This document shows positions 36,592 through 46,279 of a stretch of 64,000 bases of DNA, one piece after another. The position numbers were made by a program, and so were the translations under genes. Positions within the stretch are counted from its first letter, which is position 1; every line of letters begins with the position of its first letter. The DNA comes from Vicinamibacterales bacterium (GTDB lineage: Bacteria; Acidobacteriota; Vicinamibacteria; Vicinamibacterales; UBA8438), in contig OZ242279.1 of assembly GCA_965207265.1 (NCBI GenBank), positions 1,797,093 through 1,861,092 on the forward strand, in the 5' to 3' direction. Below the pieces are notes generated by a model. That model made no database searches. It worked only from the letters and a program-made list of their open reading frames with translations, and was not told the origin of the DNA.

Positions 36592-37263
36592 ATGACCCAG
36601 CAGCGACGCTACCGGATCGGCGCCATCCACGCGCTGATGAACGCGATACCGACGACGCAGACCGCCTTCGACCGGAACTGGTCGGCGGCCGACGTCGCCC
36701 ATCTGCTCGACGGCTCGCTCTACCTCGACCGCAGCCGCGGGTCGGCCGACGACGCGGAGCTCGGCGCCCGCGTCGACCGGCTCGTGAAGTACAGCGCGTC
36801 GACCGGCGCGGAGGCAATCATCGTCACCGGGTCGTTCTTCGGCGACATGACCAAGCGGGCGCGCGAGGGAATGGACATCCCGGTGATGACGTCGTTCGAC
36901 GGCATCGTCGAGCGCGCGTTCTCCCTCGACCAGCCGCTGCACGTGATGTCGACGGCGCCGGACTCCTCCGTGCTGCTGTCGGCGGAGATCGAGGCGGAGG
37001 CGTCCCGGCGGTCGCACCCGCTGTCGATCACCCGTTCGGCGGTGGACGGCGCCCTCGACGCGCTGGTGGGCGGCGACCCTGCGCGCCACGACGAGCTCGT
37101 GCTCGACGCGGTCCGGGCCATCGACGACGGGACGGCCATACTGTTCGCGCAGTTCTCGATGGAGCGGATCCTGCCCGGCAGCGCCGCCGCGCACCCGGCC
37201 CCGGTGGTCGGCCCGGCCAGCGAGGGCGTGTTGCGGCTGCGCGAGCTGCTCACCGGACGGTAG
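36592..37263 (+). CDS. aspartate/glutamate racemase family protein
   Basis: From ATG 36592. RIGAIHALMNAIP .. AEAIIVTGSFFG .. LHVMSTAP .. ILFAQFSME follows the Asp/Glu/hydantoin racemase family layout. Confidence 0.65.
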   Translation: MTQQRRYRIGAIHALMNAIPTTQTAFDRNWSAADVAHLLDGSLYLDRSRGSADDAELGARVDRLVKYSASTGAEAIIVTGSFFGDMTKRAREGMDIPVMTSFDGIVERAFSLDQPLHVMSTAPDSSVLLSAEIEAEASRRSHPLSITRSAVDGALDALVGGDPARHDELVLDAVRAIDDGTAILFAQFSMERILPGSAAAHPAPVVGPASEGVLRLRELLTGR

Positions 37264-37323
37264 GCCGGCGGCGCAGGAAACCTTCGCGCATGAAGCTTCG
37301 TGCCGGCTCGCCGTGAGTGCGCG

Positions 37324-39357
37324 CTACCGCTTGCCCGAGTACTCCAGCATCTGCTGCGTGAAGTCCTGCGGGTAGGAGATGACGACGTCGGTGATGGAGC
37401 CGTCGGCGGCCGTCACCGCCTCGAGCTTCGGCATCACGAAGCCGGTGTAGGACGGCAGGTCGACGCGGGCGACCCGCTCGAGCACCTCGTCGCGCAGCGC
37501 CGGATCGAAGCGGATGCCGTAGGTCTCGAACAGCGACCGGGCCGCGTCGTAGTCGCCCTCCGACTTGATCCGCTGCACCTCGGCGAGCAGGGTCGCGACG
37601 CCGGCGCGGAACGCCTCGGCGTCGGTCACGACGTTGTAGGTCCTGCCGTCCCGCCGGCGCACCTCGATGGCGTCGGTGTTCTCGATGAGCCAGTGGACCA
37701 CCATCTGCCGATTGCGCATGTGGTCCTGCTCAAGCTGGTTGCCCTCGCGGACGCGACGGAGTTGCAGAATGGCGTTGCGGGCGTAGGCCTCGTACTGCGC
37801 CAGCACGATGTCCGCCTGGTGCTCGGCGTCGAAGATGCCGATCTCGACCAGCTTCGGGTCCGCGATGAAGTACAGCGCGATGAGGTCGGCGCGGGCCTCC
37901 TCCAGCGCGGAGTACTGCTCCCGCAGGAACGGCTGCGCGTTGCCGCCGAGGCGCTCGGCGAGCTGTCCCGAGGCGTGCCCGATGACCTCGTGCATGTTCG
38001 TGGTCATGTCGCCGGCGAGGCTGCCCCACCGCTCGGCCCGCGCCGTCTCGGCCTCCTCCCAGGTGAACTCCGAACGGTAGGCCGCGGGCGCCGAGAGGTC
38101 GTAGGCCTCGATTACGTTCGACAGCGAGATCGACTTGCTGCCGTACTGCTCCCGGACGGTCTGGTCGTTCGGCAGGTTGATGCCGATCGGGGTGACCGGC
38201 CCGGCGTCGCCGATCTCGATCACCACGTCGATGGCGTTGGCGGTGATGCCCCGCACGCCCGCCTTGCGGTAGCGCGGATCCCACGGCATGCGGTCCTCGA
38301 ACCACTGCGCGTGCTCGGCCAGGGTCCGGATCGTCTCGGTCTTCTCGCGGTTGACGTAGTAGACCAGCGCCTCCCAGGCCCCTTTGGCCCCCCGCGCGTC
38401 CATGTATACCTCGGTGAAGCCGTTGATCGTGTCGACGGGCGACTCCCGATCGGCGACCCAGGCGATGTCGTAGGCGCGCCGGTCCAGCGGCTCGCCGGTG
38501 CGGTACCAGGTGATCAGCGCCTCGAGCGCCGCCGCCATCGGCCGGGTGGCGAAGGGAATCGCGGCCTCCAGGTGCCGGACGACCTCGGTCAGCTCTTGCG
38601 CGTACTTGCCGCCGTCGTCGATCCGGTAGACCTCCTCGACGAGCTCGCCGTCGCGCTTGACCAGCCGCGAGTTCAGCGGATACTGCTCGTCGTAGCCTTC
38701 GAGATCGGCCATCGAGACGCCGTCGTACAGGTTGTTGGCGCTCGACAGCAGCATGTCGTCGCCGGGGGCCGGCGTCTTGTTGGTCAGGATGGGATCGACG
38801 CCGGCGTCGAAGAAGAGCGGCTCCAGGCGGTCGAGCAGCGCGTCCAGACTCTCGCCGTCGCGGGTCGGAAAGCTGGCCCCCGCCGCCGCGGCCGCGTGCG
38901 CGGCGGCGCGGAACGCCTCGGGCGTCGTCTCGAGCGTGAACTTGCGCGCCGTGAGGTTGTTGTACGGCCCGGTGTTGATCCAGAAGAGCTTGGCGTAGCG
39001 GTGGATCGTTTCGAGCGTCGCCGCCTCGACGCCGGCGGCGTGCGCGAGGATCTCCTCGAACGTCTCGCGCATGTCCAGGTTGTGGACGTAGCGCTGGTCG
39101 TAGAAGATGTCGCGGCCGGCGAGCGCCGCGTTGTACAGGTGCCAGATCAGCACCTTCTCGCGCAGATCCAGCCCCTCGAAGCCGTCGGCGTAGATCTGTC
39201 CGATCGCGGCGTCGCCGATACGTTCGAGCAGGTACGGGCGCTCGGCCTCCTGGGCGGCCGCCGCGGACGGCGCTTCGTGGAGCTCCGCGAGCGCCTGGGT
39301 CGAGACACCGGCCAGCACGACGACGATCGACAGGACAACGAATCGCAGGCAGGTCAT
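37324..39357 (-). CDS. dipeptidyl-peptidase III (M49 family), exported
   Basis: 677 aa with a signal peptide. HEVIGHASGQ (HEXXGH) and EEARADL (second M49 zinc motif). Confidence 0.88.
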   Translation of the reverse strand: MTCLRFVVLSIVVVLAGVSTQALAELHEAPSAAAAQEAERPYLLERIGDAAIGQIYADGFEGLDLREKVLIWHLYNAALAGRDIFYDQRYVHNLDMRETFEEILAHAAGVEAATLETIHRYAKLFWINTGPYNNLTARKFTLETTPEAFRAAAHAAAAAGASFPTRDGESLDALLDRLEPLFFDAGVDPILTNKTPAPGDDMLLSSANNLYDGVSMADLEGYDEQYPLNSRLVKRDGELVEEVYRIDDGGKYAQELTEVVRHLEAAIPFATRPMAAALEALITWYRTGEPLDRRAYDIAWVADRESPVDTINGFTEVYMDARGAKGAWEALVYYVNREKTETIRTLAEHAQWFEDRMPWDPRYRKAGVRGITANAIDVVIEIGDAGPVTPIGINLPNDQTVREQYGSKSISLSNVIEAYDLSAPAAYRSEFTWEEAETARAERWGSLAGDMTTNMHEVIGHASGQLAERLGGNAQPFLREQYSALEEARADLIALYFIADPKLVEIGIFDAEHQADIVLAQYEAYARNAILQLRRVREGNQLEQDHMRNRQMVVHWLIENTDAIEVRRRDGRTYNVVTDAEAFRAGVATLLAEVQRIKSEGDYDAARSLFETYGIRFDPALRDEVLERVARVDLPSYTGFVMPKLEAVTAADGSITDVVISYPQDFTQQMLEYSGKR

Positions 39358-39435
39358 GGAGTTCCTCCGGCACCGGGAAACCGGCCGCTATACAATGCAG
39401 TGTTCCGCGAATTATACCGGCCGGGAGGCTGTTCC

Positions 39436-41772
39436 ATGAGTTCTGCACGACCCTTCGACCGCGTCGCTTTCGGGCATGAGTCGCGTTCCGGCGAGCGCCT
39501 CGGCGCCGGGGCCCGGCCACGCACATTCGCGCCCGCACTGCTGGTCATGGCGGCGGCCGCGTGCCTGACCGTTCTTCCGGCGGCCGTCGGGGCCCAGCAG
39601 CGCACGCTGACCATCGCCGACATCTTCGACCCGGCGCGGCGGGTCAACTTCGACGGCAACGCCCCGTTCGGCCTGACGTGGCTCGACGACACGCACTACG
39701 TCGAGCGGCGATCTCCGCGCGACGCCTTCGCCGGCCCCCTGGTCCGGGTAGACGCGCTCACCGGCGAGCGGACGCCGCTCTACGACGTCGCGCCGTTCGA
39801 AGCGGCGGTGGCGGCGCTGCCGGGCCTGAGCGCGGCCGACGCCGGCCGCATCGCCCGGCGGTCGGGCCACGTGACGAACGCGGACCGCACGGCGCTGGTC
39901 TTCGACTTCGCCGACGACCTCTACCACTACGACGTCGGCACGGAGCGCGCGCGGCGGCTCACCGCCACCCCGGAGGCCGAGGACGAGGTGTCGCTCAGTC
40001 CGGACGGCCGGCTCGTCGCCTTCGTGCGCGGCGGCAACCTGATCGTCGTCGATGTCGAGCATCGTCGCGAGCACGCGCTGACCACCGACGGCGGCGAGCG
40101 GGTCCGCAACGGGCAACTCGACTGGGTGTACCAGGAGGAGATCTACGGCCGCGGCAACTTCCGCGGCTACTGGTGGAGCCCCGACTCGTCCCGTATCGCC
40201 TACCTGCAGCTCGACGACCGGGCCGTGCCCACCTTCACCGTGCTCGATCACATTCCGTATCACCCCGAGGTCGAGCACTGGGAGTACCCCAAGGCGGGCG
40301 ACACCAACCCCGTGGTCCGGCTCGGCATCGTGCGCGCGGCCGGCGGCGCGACGACGTGGGCCGATCTCTCCGGCTACCGGCCGTCCGATCCGCTCGTGGT
40401 CAACGTCGACTGGACGCCGGACAGCTCGCACGTCGTCTTCCAGGTGCAGGACCGCGAGCAGACCTGGCTGGACCTGGTCCTGGCAGACCCGGAAGGCGGA
40501 TCCGTCGAGAAGGTGCTGCGCGAGACCACCGAGGCGTGGGTCAACGTCAACGGGCCGCCGATCTGGCTGGAGGACGGCACGTTCCTCTGGCAGAGCGAGC
40601 GCTCCGGCTGGAAGCACCTGTACCACGTCGACCGATCCGGCGCGGTGAAGCGCACCGTCACGAGCGGCGAGTGGGAGGTCCGGCGCGTCCACGGCGTCGA
40701 CGAGGAGGCCGGCTCGGTCTACTTCTCCGCCACCGAGCGCAGCCCCATCGGGCTCGACGTCTACCGGGTGAATCTCGACGGTTCCGGGCTGCGCCGGCTG
40801 TCGGACGCGCCGGGCACGCACGGAGCGACGTTCAGCCCGGGCCTGACGCACTACATCGACCGCTGGAGCGACATCTCCACCCCGCCCCAGGTGCGCGTCC
40901 ACGCGGCGGACGGGTCGGTGGCGCGCGTGGTGGCCGCGAACGAGGTGCGCGCGCTCCGCGACTACGACCTTCCCGCGCCGGAGTTCCTGCAGGTCGCCAA
41001 CCGCGACGGGTTCGAGATGGAAGCGCTGTTGATCAGGCCGCCCGACTTCGACCCGTCGCGCCGCTATCCCGTCTATCAGCACATCTACGGCGGCCCGCAC
41101 GTGCAGCGCGTCCGTAACGCCTGGAGCCGCGAGACGCTCTATTGGCAGCTACTGGCCCAGCGCGGCATCGTCGTCTGGGTGCTCGACAACAGCACCGCCA
41201 GCGGCAAGGGCGCCGTCTCCACCTGGCCGGTGTACCAGCGGTTCGGCGAGGTGGAGCTGCGCGACCAGGAGGACGGCCTCGACTGGCTCGTCGGCCAGGG
41301 CTACGTCGACGCCGACCGCATCGGCATCGAGGGCTGGAGCTACGGCGGCTTCATGGTCAGCTACGCGCTGACCCACAGCGAGCGCTGGTCGATGGGCATC
41401 GCCGGCGGCTCGGTCACGGACTGGCGCGACTACGACACGATCTACACCGAGCGCTACATGCGGATGCCGCAGCACAACCCGGACGGCTACCGGCGCAGCT
41501 CACCCCGCTTCGACGCCGCCGACCTGCACGGCGCGTTGCTGCTCGTCCACGGCACGATGGACGAGAACGTCCACATGCAGAACACGTTGCAGTTCGCGCT
41601 CGAGCTCCAGCGGGCCGGCAAGCCGTTCGACATGATGATCTACCCGCGGTCGCGGCATCGGCTCGGCGGTCCCGACCTCGAGCTGCACCGCCGCGAGAAG
41701 ATGCTGGCGTTCGTCCTCGAGCACCTGCGGCCGGCGGGCGGCGCCGGCGCTACCGACTCGTCGGGCGAGTAG
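39436..41772 (+). CDS. S9 family peptidase, dipeptidyl aminopeptidase IV-like
   Basis: 778 aa from ATG 39436. DWVYQEEI (DPP4 N-terminal propeller motif) and GWSYGGF (Ser nucleophile). The track ORF from 37300 is an antisense overextension. Confidence 0.88.
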   Translation: MSSARPFDRVAFGHESRSGERLGAGARPRTFAPALLVMAAAACLTVLPAAVGAQQRTLTIADIFDPARRVNFDGNAPFGLTWLDDTHYVERRSPRDAFAGPLVRVDALTGERTPLYDVAPFEAAVAALPGLSAADAGRIARRSGHVTNADRTALVFDFADDLYHYDVGTERARRLTATPEAEDEVSLSPDGRLVAFVRGGNLIVVDVEHRREHALTTDGGERVRNGQLDWVYQEEIYGRGNFRGYWWSPDSSRIAYLQLDDRAVPTFTVLDHIPYHPEVEHWEYPKAGDTNPVVRLGIVRAAGGATTWADLSGYRPSDPLVVNVDWTPDSSHVVFQVQDREQTWLDLVLADPEGGSVEKVLRETTEAWVNVNGPPIWLEDGTFLWQSERSGWKHLYHVDRSGAVKRTVTSGEWEVRRVHGVDEEAGSVYFSATERSPIGLDVYRVNLDGSGLRRLSDAPGTHGATFSPGLTHYIDRWSDISTPPQVRVHAADGSVARVVAANEVRALRDYDLPAPEFLQVANRDGFEMEALLIRPPDFDPSRRYPVYQHIYGGPHVQRVRNAWSRETLYWQLLAQRGIVVWVLDNSTASGKGAVSTWPVYQRFGEVELRDQEDGLDWLVGQGYVDADRIGIEGWSYGGFMVSYALTHSERWSMGIAGGSVTDWRDYDTIYTERYMRMPQHNPDGYRRSSPRFDAADLHGALLLVHGTMDENVHMQNTLQFALELQRAGKPFDMMIYPRSRHRLGGPDLELHRREKMLAFVLEHLRPAGGAGATDSSGE

Positions 41773-41852
41773 GACTTCCCGGCTTCGCCCGCCCGCGCGC
41801 CAGCACGTTCCGCGAACACGTACACGGCCTGCGGACCGCGAGCTACCGCTAC

Positions 41853-43907
41853 TCACAACTCCGACAGAAACGAAAGAACCCGCGCCTGGGTTCCGGCGAT
41901 GTCCTCGTTGAGTATTCCGTGCCGGCTCGAGGGGACCCACTCCAGGCGGCAAGTCCGCTCGCCCACCCTCCGTTGCAGCAACCGGGCGCCGTCGGGATCG
42001 ACCACCGGATCCCCGGTCCCCTGGAGGAGCAGCGTCGGGCAGCCGACCCGATCCGCTTTCTCCTCGAGCGCCTTCACCATTCCCCGAAGCTCGTACAGGC
42101 TGCGAACCGGAACTTGGGAGTAGTTGATGTGCGGATGTTCAGATCGGTGGTTGTGAAAGGGTTTCACCCCCTCCAGGGACGATATCCAGCGCGTGATGCG
42201 GTTGGCGCCGTGCAGCAACGGCACGAAAATCATGGCCGGCTCCTTCAACCTGACCGGGACGGAAGCCGCTGCGACGCCAACCAGAGGGGATGGAGATTCC
42301 GCCGCCAGCAGCAAGGAGAGCGCCCCACCGGTGGAAAACCCCACCAGGCACAGACGGGAGGCGAAGGGGGCAAGAATCCCGAAGCCCCTCCGTACCGAGC
42401 CGAGCCACTCCTCCCATTCCCTCTCCCGCAGGTCCCAGGGGGAGGTGCCGTGTCCCTTCAGTCGCACTCCCATGACCGGATAGCCTTCCTTGCCCAGGCG
42501 CTCTCCGAAATGGCGTACCTCCGCGGGCGAGGCCAGCAGGCCGTGCACCAGCACTACCCCGAGGGATCGGCTGCCGCGGGGGAGAATGAGAAAGGGCTCC
42601 CCATTCTCGGTGGGGGTTTCATGCCGGTTGACTTCCTGGTGCTGCGGGAGGTCGAACCGCTGGCGGTCGAGCTCGTGGGACCGGAGCTCGTCCTCGAAGC
42701 GCATCCTGGAGAGCGCGCGATCATCCCGCAAACGGGCCCGCTCGACGGCGGTGGTCACGATCCGCACAACCTGCGGGATGGGAGCCACCTCATTGGCATA
42801 TACCGTCACCAGGTTGTGGAGGCGTATCTCGTCGAAGTCCTGCTTCTCGAGCAACTTGGGGAGCAGGCGGTAGCGGCCCTCCCGGCTGTCGATGAGGCCC
42901 ATGCCGCCCGCGGGTCGCAGAAACCGTTCCAGTCCGGGGCACCCACCCGCCAGCAGGTCCTGGTAGGCATCGGGCTCCGTCAGGCTCGTATGCAGGTGAA
43001 GGGAGGGCTGCCTCTGACACAGCTTGAGGGACAGGTACAGCATTTTGTGGAATCGACTCCGGTCGACCTCTTCGAGTCCCTGGCCGGCCAGGGCCATGAC
43101 CAGCAGGGAAGCCAGGTGGCTCAGATGCACGGTCACGCCGGTGTAGATGCGGTGCATGTAGCGATCGCGTATCCGGTGCGCGTGGCGCGCCAGCTTCCAT
43201 TTCAGCAGGCGACGGCCCCACAGTCTTCGCCCCGCCACCAACCCGAAGAAGTCCTCCGCCGAATCAGCCTCCTGCTCCAACCGGCCGAGCAGGCGCCTCT
43301 CCCACCAATTCCTCCGACGTTCCGGCGCAAGGGGTTCTCCCATCCGCACGTTCATGTCGGTATCCTTGAGGAGGATGTTCCCCTCTATCAGCAGTTCCTC
43401 CGCCATCCGCCGGTTCAAGCCGCGGGTCAGAAGCTCACCCACCTGGTGCAGGAGATTGTCACCCACCCGAATGGGATAGAAGGTAATGTTGGCCGGCACG
43501 ATGAGAGTGGGCCTCCGCACGGCTTCCAGCAGCCTTTCCTCGTTCTCCAGCCTCAACCGCTCGACCCACTCGCGGAAGCGCTTCCGGTCTCCCCGCCGGT
43601 GCACCTCCAGCAGCGCGGACTTGAAGGCATCCAGAATCAGCGCCAGCACCGCCGCCCCGGTATGCTGCTTTCTTCGCTTCCCCGCACTGCGCGAGTAGAC
43701 CTCGTACTCTCCCCCGTGCCCAGCACCCGCCGGTCCTTGACCATTCCCCCCTCCGGAAAGACAACTACCTTTCGCCCTCTCAGGATCTCCTCTCCCAGAA
43801 ACGAAAGCAGTCGGGGGTGGTTCGCGGGAACGGCGCCGACGCTCCGCAGGTAGTTGGAGAGCGGCGAGCCCTCCACGAAGAATTCGCCGCCCGCCACCGA
43901 GCGGCAA
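41853..43907 (-). CDS. alpha/beta hydrolase domain protein: downstream part of an apparently frameshifted acyltransferase-hydrolase fusion gene
   Basis: C-terminal LVHGLLASP..GFSTGGALSL..LLLQGTGDPVV..SSRHGIL (hydrolase triad pattern). The N-terminal limit is undefined. Homology-like sequence continues from the 43637-44119 ORF after a frame change near 43700-43725. Confidence 0.6.
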   Translation of the reverse strand: MPLGGGRRILRGGLAALQLPAERRRRSREPPPTAFVSGRGDPERAKGSCLSGGGNGQGPAGAGHGGEYEVYSRSAGKRRKQHTGAAVLALILDAFKSALLEVHRRGDRKRFREWVERLRLENEERLLEAVRRPTLIVPANITFYPIRVGDNLLHQVGELLTRGLNRRMAEELLIEGNILLKDTDMNVRMGEPLAPERRRNWWERRLLGRLEQEADSAEDFFGLVAGRRLWGRRLLKWKLARHAHRIRDRYMHRIYTGVTVHLSHLASLLVMALAGQGLEEVDRSRFHKMLYLSLKLCQRQPSLHLHTSLTEPDAYQDLLAGGCPGLERFLRPAGGMGLIDSREGRYRLLPKLLEKQDFDEIRLHNLVTVYANEVAPIPQVVRIVTTAVERARLRDDRALSRMRFEDELRSHELDRQRFDLPQHQEVNRHETPTENGEPFLILPRGSRSLGVVLVHGLLASPAEVRHFGERLGKEGYPVMGVRLKGHGTSPWDLREREWEEWLGSVRRGFGILAPFASRLCLVGFSTGGALSLLLAAESPSPLVGVAAASVPVRLKEPAMIFVPLLHGANRITRWISSLEGVKPFHNHRSEHPHINYSQVPVRSLYELRGMVKALEEKADRVGCPTLLLQGTGDPVVDPDGARLLQRRVGERTCRLEWVPSSRHGILNEDIAGTQARVLSFLSEL

Positions 43908-44119
43908 ACCGCTCCCGTCTCCCTGTAGATCAGGTACTGCGGAATGAAAGTCTCGAAGCGTGCGAAGTGGTTGAAGAGGAAGATCTCGCCGTCATGGATA
44001 TGAGACGGCTGGTGATCCAGGGAGATACGGAGGCGGAGCATCCGCTCCAGCAGCCTGAAGACCCTGCCGGACCACTGATAGGCTGGGGCGCTGATCTCGT
44101 AATCGTCATCCCAGGCCAT
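43637..44119 (-). CDS. PlsC-like acyltransferase domain: upstream part of the same frameshifted gene
   Basis: IFLFNHFARFETF (block I variant) and VVVFPEGGMVKDRR (block III). The frame ends soon after, at a G/C homopolymer-rich stretch. Confidence 0.6.
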   Translation of the reverse strand: MAWDDDYEISAPAYQWSGRVFRLLERMLRLRISLDHQPSHIHDGEIFLFNHFARFETFIPQYLIYRETGAVCRSVAGGEFFVEGSPLSNYLRSVGAVPANHPRLLSFLGEEILRGRKVVVFPEGGMVKDRRVLGTGESTRSTRAVRGSEESSIPGRRCWR

Positions 44120-44268
44120 GGTGCCCTACACGGGATTATGCGTGAAGGTGTGACTCCTGGGGAGACCCTCGTGTGGAAAACGTAATGCCCTCAAGACGCC
44201 CGGGAACGGCAAGCTGTGGGCAGCGAGGGTGGTTGCCGGGTCCGGCCGGTTTTCGCCGGTTGCTCGGA

Positions 44269-44634
44269 TCAGCCGTCGTCCCGGTGCACCGTGGCTGGCG
44301 AAAAGGCGGGCACGCACACGGCGACGTACTCCGCACCGCCGGGCTCCGGGCTGCTGTAGCGCACCCATTCGCCAGGCGCTGCCACCACCGCCTGCCCCGC
44401 CGCCACGTCGAGACAGCCGCCCTCGTGCTCGACGCGCAGCACCCCGCGCAGCACGAGGGTAATCTCTTCGAACTCCGGCCGCTGCCCGGGCTCCTCCCAC
44501 CCTTCCGGCGAGACCATGCGCGCCACGCTCACCTGCCGGTGTCCGGAGTTGACCCGGCCGGCGAACTCCTGAATCTGTTTCGGTTTCGTTCCGGCGGCCT
44601 CGACGACGGCCGGGCGCTCGATGAGGATGGGCAT
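44269..44634 (-). CDS. cupin domain protein
   Basis: 121 aa. ..EFEEITLVLRGVLRVEHEGG..VAAGQAVVAAPGEWVRY is a typical small cupin. Confidence 0.75.
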   Translation of the reverse strand: MPILIERPAVVEAAGTKPKQIQEFAGRVNSGHRQVSVARMVSPEGWEEPGQRPEFEEITLVLRGVLRVEHEGGCLDVAAGQAVVAAPGEWVRYSSPEPGGAEYVAVCVPAFSPATVHRDDG

Positions 44635-44655
44635 CGCTGGTCCCCTGGCTGCCAG

Positions 44656-44740
44656 CCCGACAATCGTCGCCTGCGGCTCCGCTTGCCGCCCAACGGGCCT
44701 GACTAGAAGTCTACGCCGTTCTACGGCGCAGACTCCTAGC
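44656..44740. repeat. REP-like hairpin element, copy B
   Basis: cccgacaatcgtcgcc..ttgccgcccaacgggcctgactagaagtctacgccgttctacggcgcagactcctagc. The hairpin abuts the SDR stop codon (44736-44738). Confidence 0.75.
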
Positions 44741-45476
44741 GGAGGTGGCGGCCACCGTCCACGCGGATCGTCTCCCCGGTGATGAAGTCCGACTGCAACA
44801 CGCCGACGACCGTGTCGGCAATCGCCTCCGGGCCGCCCCAGCGACCTACCGGCGTCGCTCGCTCGACCGCCTCGATCTCGTCCGGCTCCAGATCGGAGGG
44901 CGGCACGATCGGGCCGGGCGCGATGGTGTTCACGAGAATCCCGTCGGCGGCGAGCTCCAGGGCCAGGGCCTCGGTGAGCCCCATCACCGCCCGCTTGGCC
45001 ACGTAGTACGGAAGATACCCGGTATAGCGCGGGCGGCCGCTGGCCGCGATCCAGTCGCTGAAGTGGACGATGCGCCCGCCGCCCGCCGCCCGGAGACGAG
45101 GCACGGCCGCGCGCGCGAGCCGCCAGGCTGCCGAGAGATCGACATCGAGCGTCGCCGTCCAGTCCTCGTCCGTCAGGGCATCGAAGGCGGTGTGCCGGTA
45201 GATCGACGCCATGCTGACCAGGATGTCGAGGCGTCCGAAACGCGCGGCCGTTCCTTCGACCAGCCGTTCCACCTCGGACGGCCGCGTGAGATCCGCCTGC
45301 GCAACCGACGCCGCGCGACCCGCCCCGCGCACCCGGTCGGCCGCCTTCTCCGCTTCGGCTCCGGATCGATTGTATGAGAGGGCGACGTCCACCCCGCGGC
45401 TCGCAAGCCGCTCGGCGACCGCCGCGCCGATACGCCTGCCGCCCGTGATGAGCGCGACCTTGCCGGTGAGCTCCAT
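44736..45476 (-). CDS. SDR family oxidoreductase
   Basis: From ATG 45476 (MELTGKVALITGGRRIGAAVA is a TGxxxGxG-type motif). YVAKRAV (YxxxK). Confidence 0.88.
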   Translation of the reverse strand: MELTGKVALITGGRRIGAAVAERLASRGVDVALSYNRSGAEAEKAADRVRGAGRAASVAQADLTRPSEVERLVEGTAARFGRLDILVSMASIYRHTAFDALTDEDWTATLDVDLSAAWRLARAAVPRLRAAGGGRIVHFSDWIAASGRPRYTGYLPYYVAKRAVMGLTEALALELAADGILVNTIAPGPIVPPSDLEPDEIEAVERATPVGRWGGPEAIADTVVGVLQSDFITGETIRVDGGRHLR

Positions 45477-45490
45477 GACCTGCGAACGCC

Positions 45491-45555
45491 GGCGCCGATT
45501 GCCGCCCAACCGGGCCTGACTAGAAGTCTACGCCGTTCCTACGGCGCAGACTCCT
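45491..45555. repeat. REP-like hairpin element, copy C
   Basis: ggcgccgattgccgcccaaccgggcctgactagaagtctacgccgttcctacggcgcagactcc. Confidence 0.75.
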
Positions 45556-45557
45556 GG

Positions 45558-45644
45558 CCCGACAATCGTCGCCGCCGGCGCCGATTGCCGCCCAACCGGG
45601 CCTGACTAGCAGTCTACGCCGTTTCTACGGCGCAGACTGCTAGC
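45558..45644. repeat. REP-like hairpin element, copy D (tandem to C)
   Basis: cccgacaatcgtcgccgccggcgccgattgccgcccaaccgggcctgactagcagtctacgccgtttctacggcgcagactgctagc. Here the stem extends to CTAGCAGTCTACGCCGT / ACGGCGCAGACTGCTAG. Overlaps the stop of the 45640-46170 gene. Confidence 0.75.
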
Positions 45645-46170
45645 GCGAATCGCCGCCACCGCCTTGACCGACATCGGGCGTCTGGCTCGGAGATCCACCC
45701 GAGTCGTGCACGTCCTGCTCCGCGTCCTCGGCGGGTGACGTGTGCGCCGGCTGCACGGCGTTGGGGCGCAGAATCTCGTCGAGCAGAAACACGTCTGTCA
45801 GCAGCGCCCGGAGATGGATCGTGCCGTTGAGGTTGTCGACCATCTGCGAGGTGATGCCCGGTTGCGCCAGGACCAGTTGCACCGCGGCAAGGCCGGCAGC
45901 CGAGTCGCGTCGCATGATTTCTATGAACGCCTGGTAGCGGTCTCCGCTCTCCGAGCCACGCTCCTCGGCCAGGGCCAGGAAGCTGGCCGGAAGCTGCGCG
46001 AGGGTCGCTTCCATCTTCTCGAGGCGCTCTCGGACCAGCTTGTCGTTCGAGACCGCCATCTGCGCGTTGACGCCCTTGGCGGCGTACGCGAGACAGAATT
46101 CGTAGGTCTCCTCGACGACGTCGACGTGCGCCTGCAGCGCTTGGGTCGCGGACTGCGACATTACAGACAC
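45640..46170 (-). CDS. hypothetical protein, last gene of the molybdo-hydroxylase cluster
   Basis: 176-aa ORF, helical-looking with a disordered Gly/Asp-rich tail. No motif recognised. Confidence 0.55.
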   Translation of the reverse strand: MSVMSQSATQALQAHVDVVEETYEFCLAYAAKGVNAQMAVSNDKLVRERLEKMEATLAQLPASFLALAEERGSESGDRYQAFIEIMRRDSAAGLAAVQLVLAQPGITSQMVDNLNGTIHLRALLTDVFLLDEILRPNAVQPAHTSPAEDAEQDVHDSGGSPSQTPDVGQGGGGDSR

Positions 46171-46279
46171 CTCACCTATCCGCTACGCACCGACCGGAAA
46201 CGGGGTGCGCCGTACACAAGAGGAGCGACGCCAAGCCCTGCCCGGCGCCGCCCCACGAATCACCTGTGCGAATGCGATG

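Noticed and set aside
37300-39435. N-terminal 712 codons of the 1490-aa plus-strand ORF
   Set aside because: This part is antisense to the M49 peptidase, which has an HEXXGH motif. The real S9 peptidase begins at ATG 39436 with a signal-like segment.
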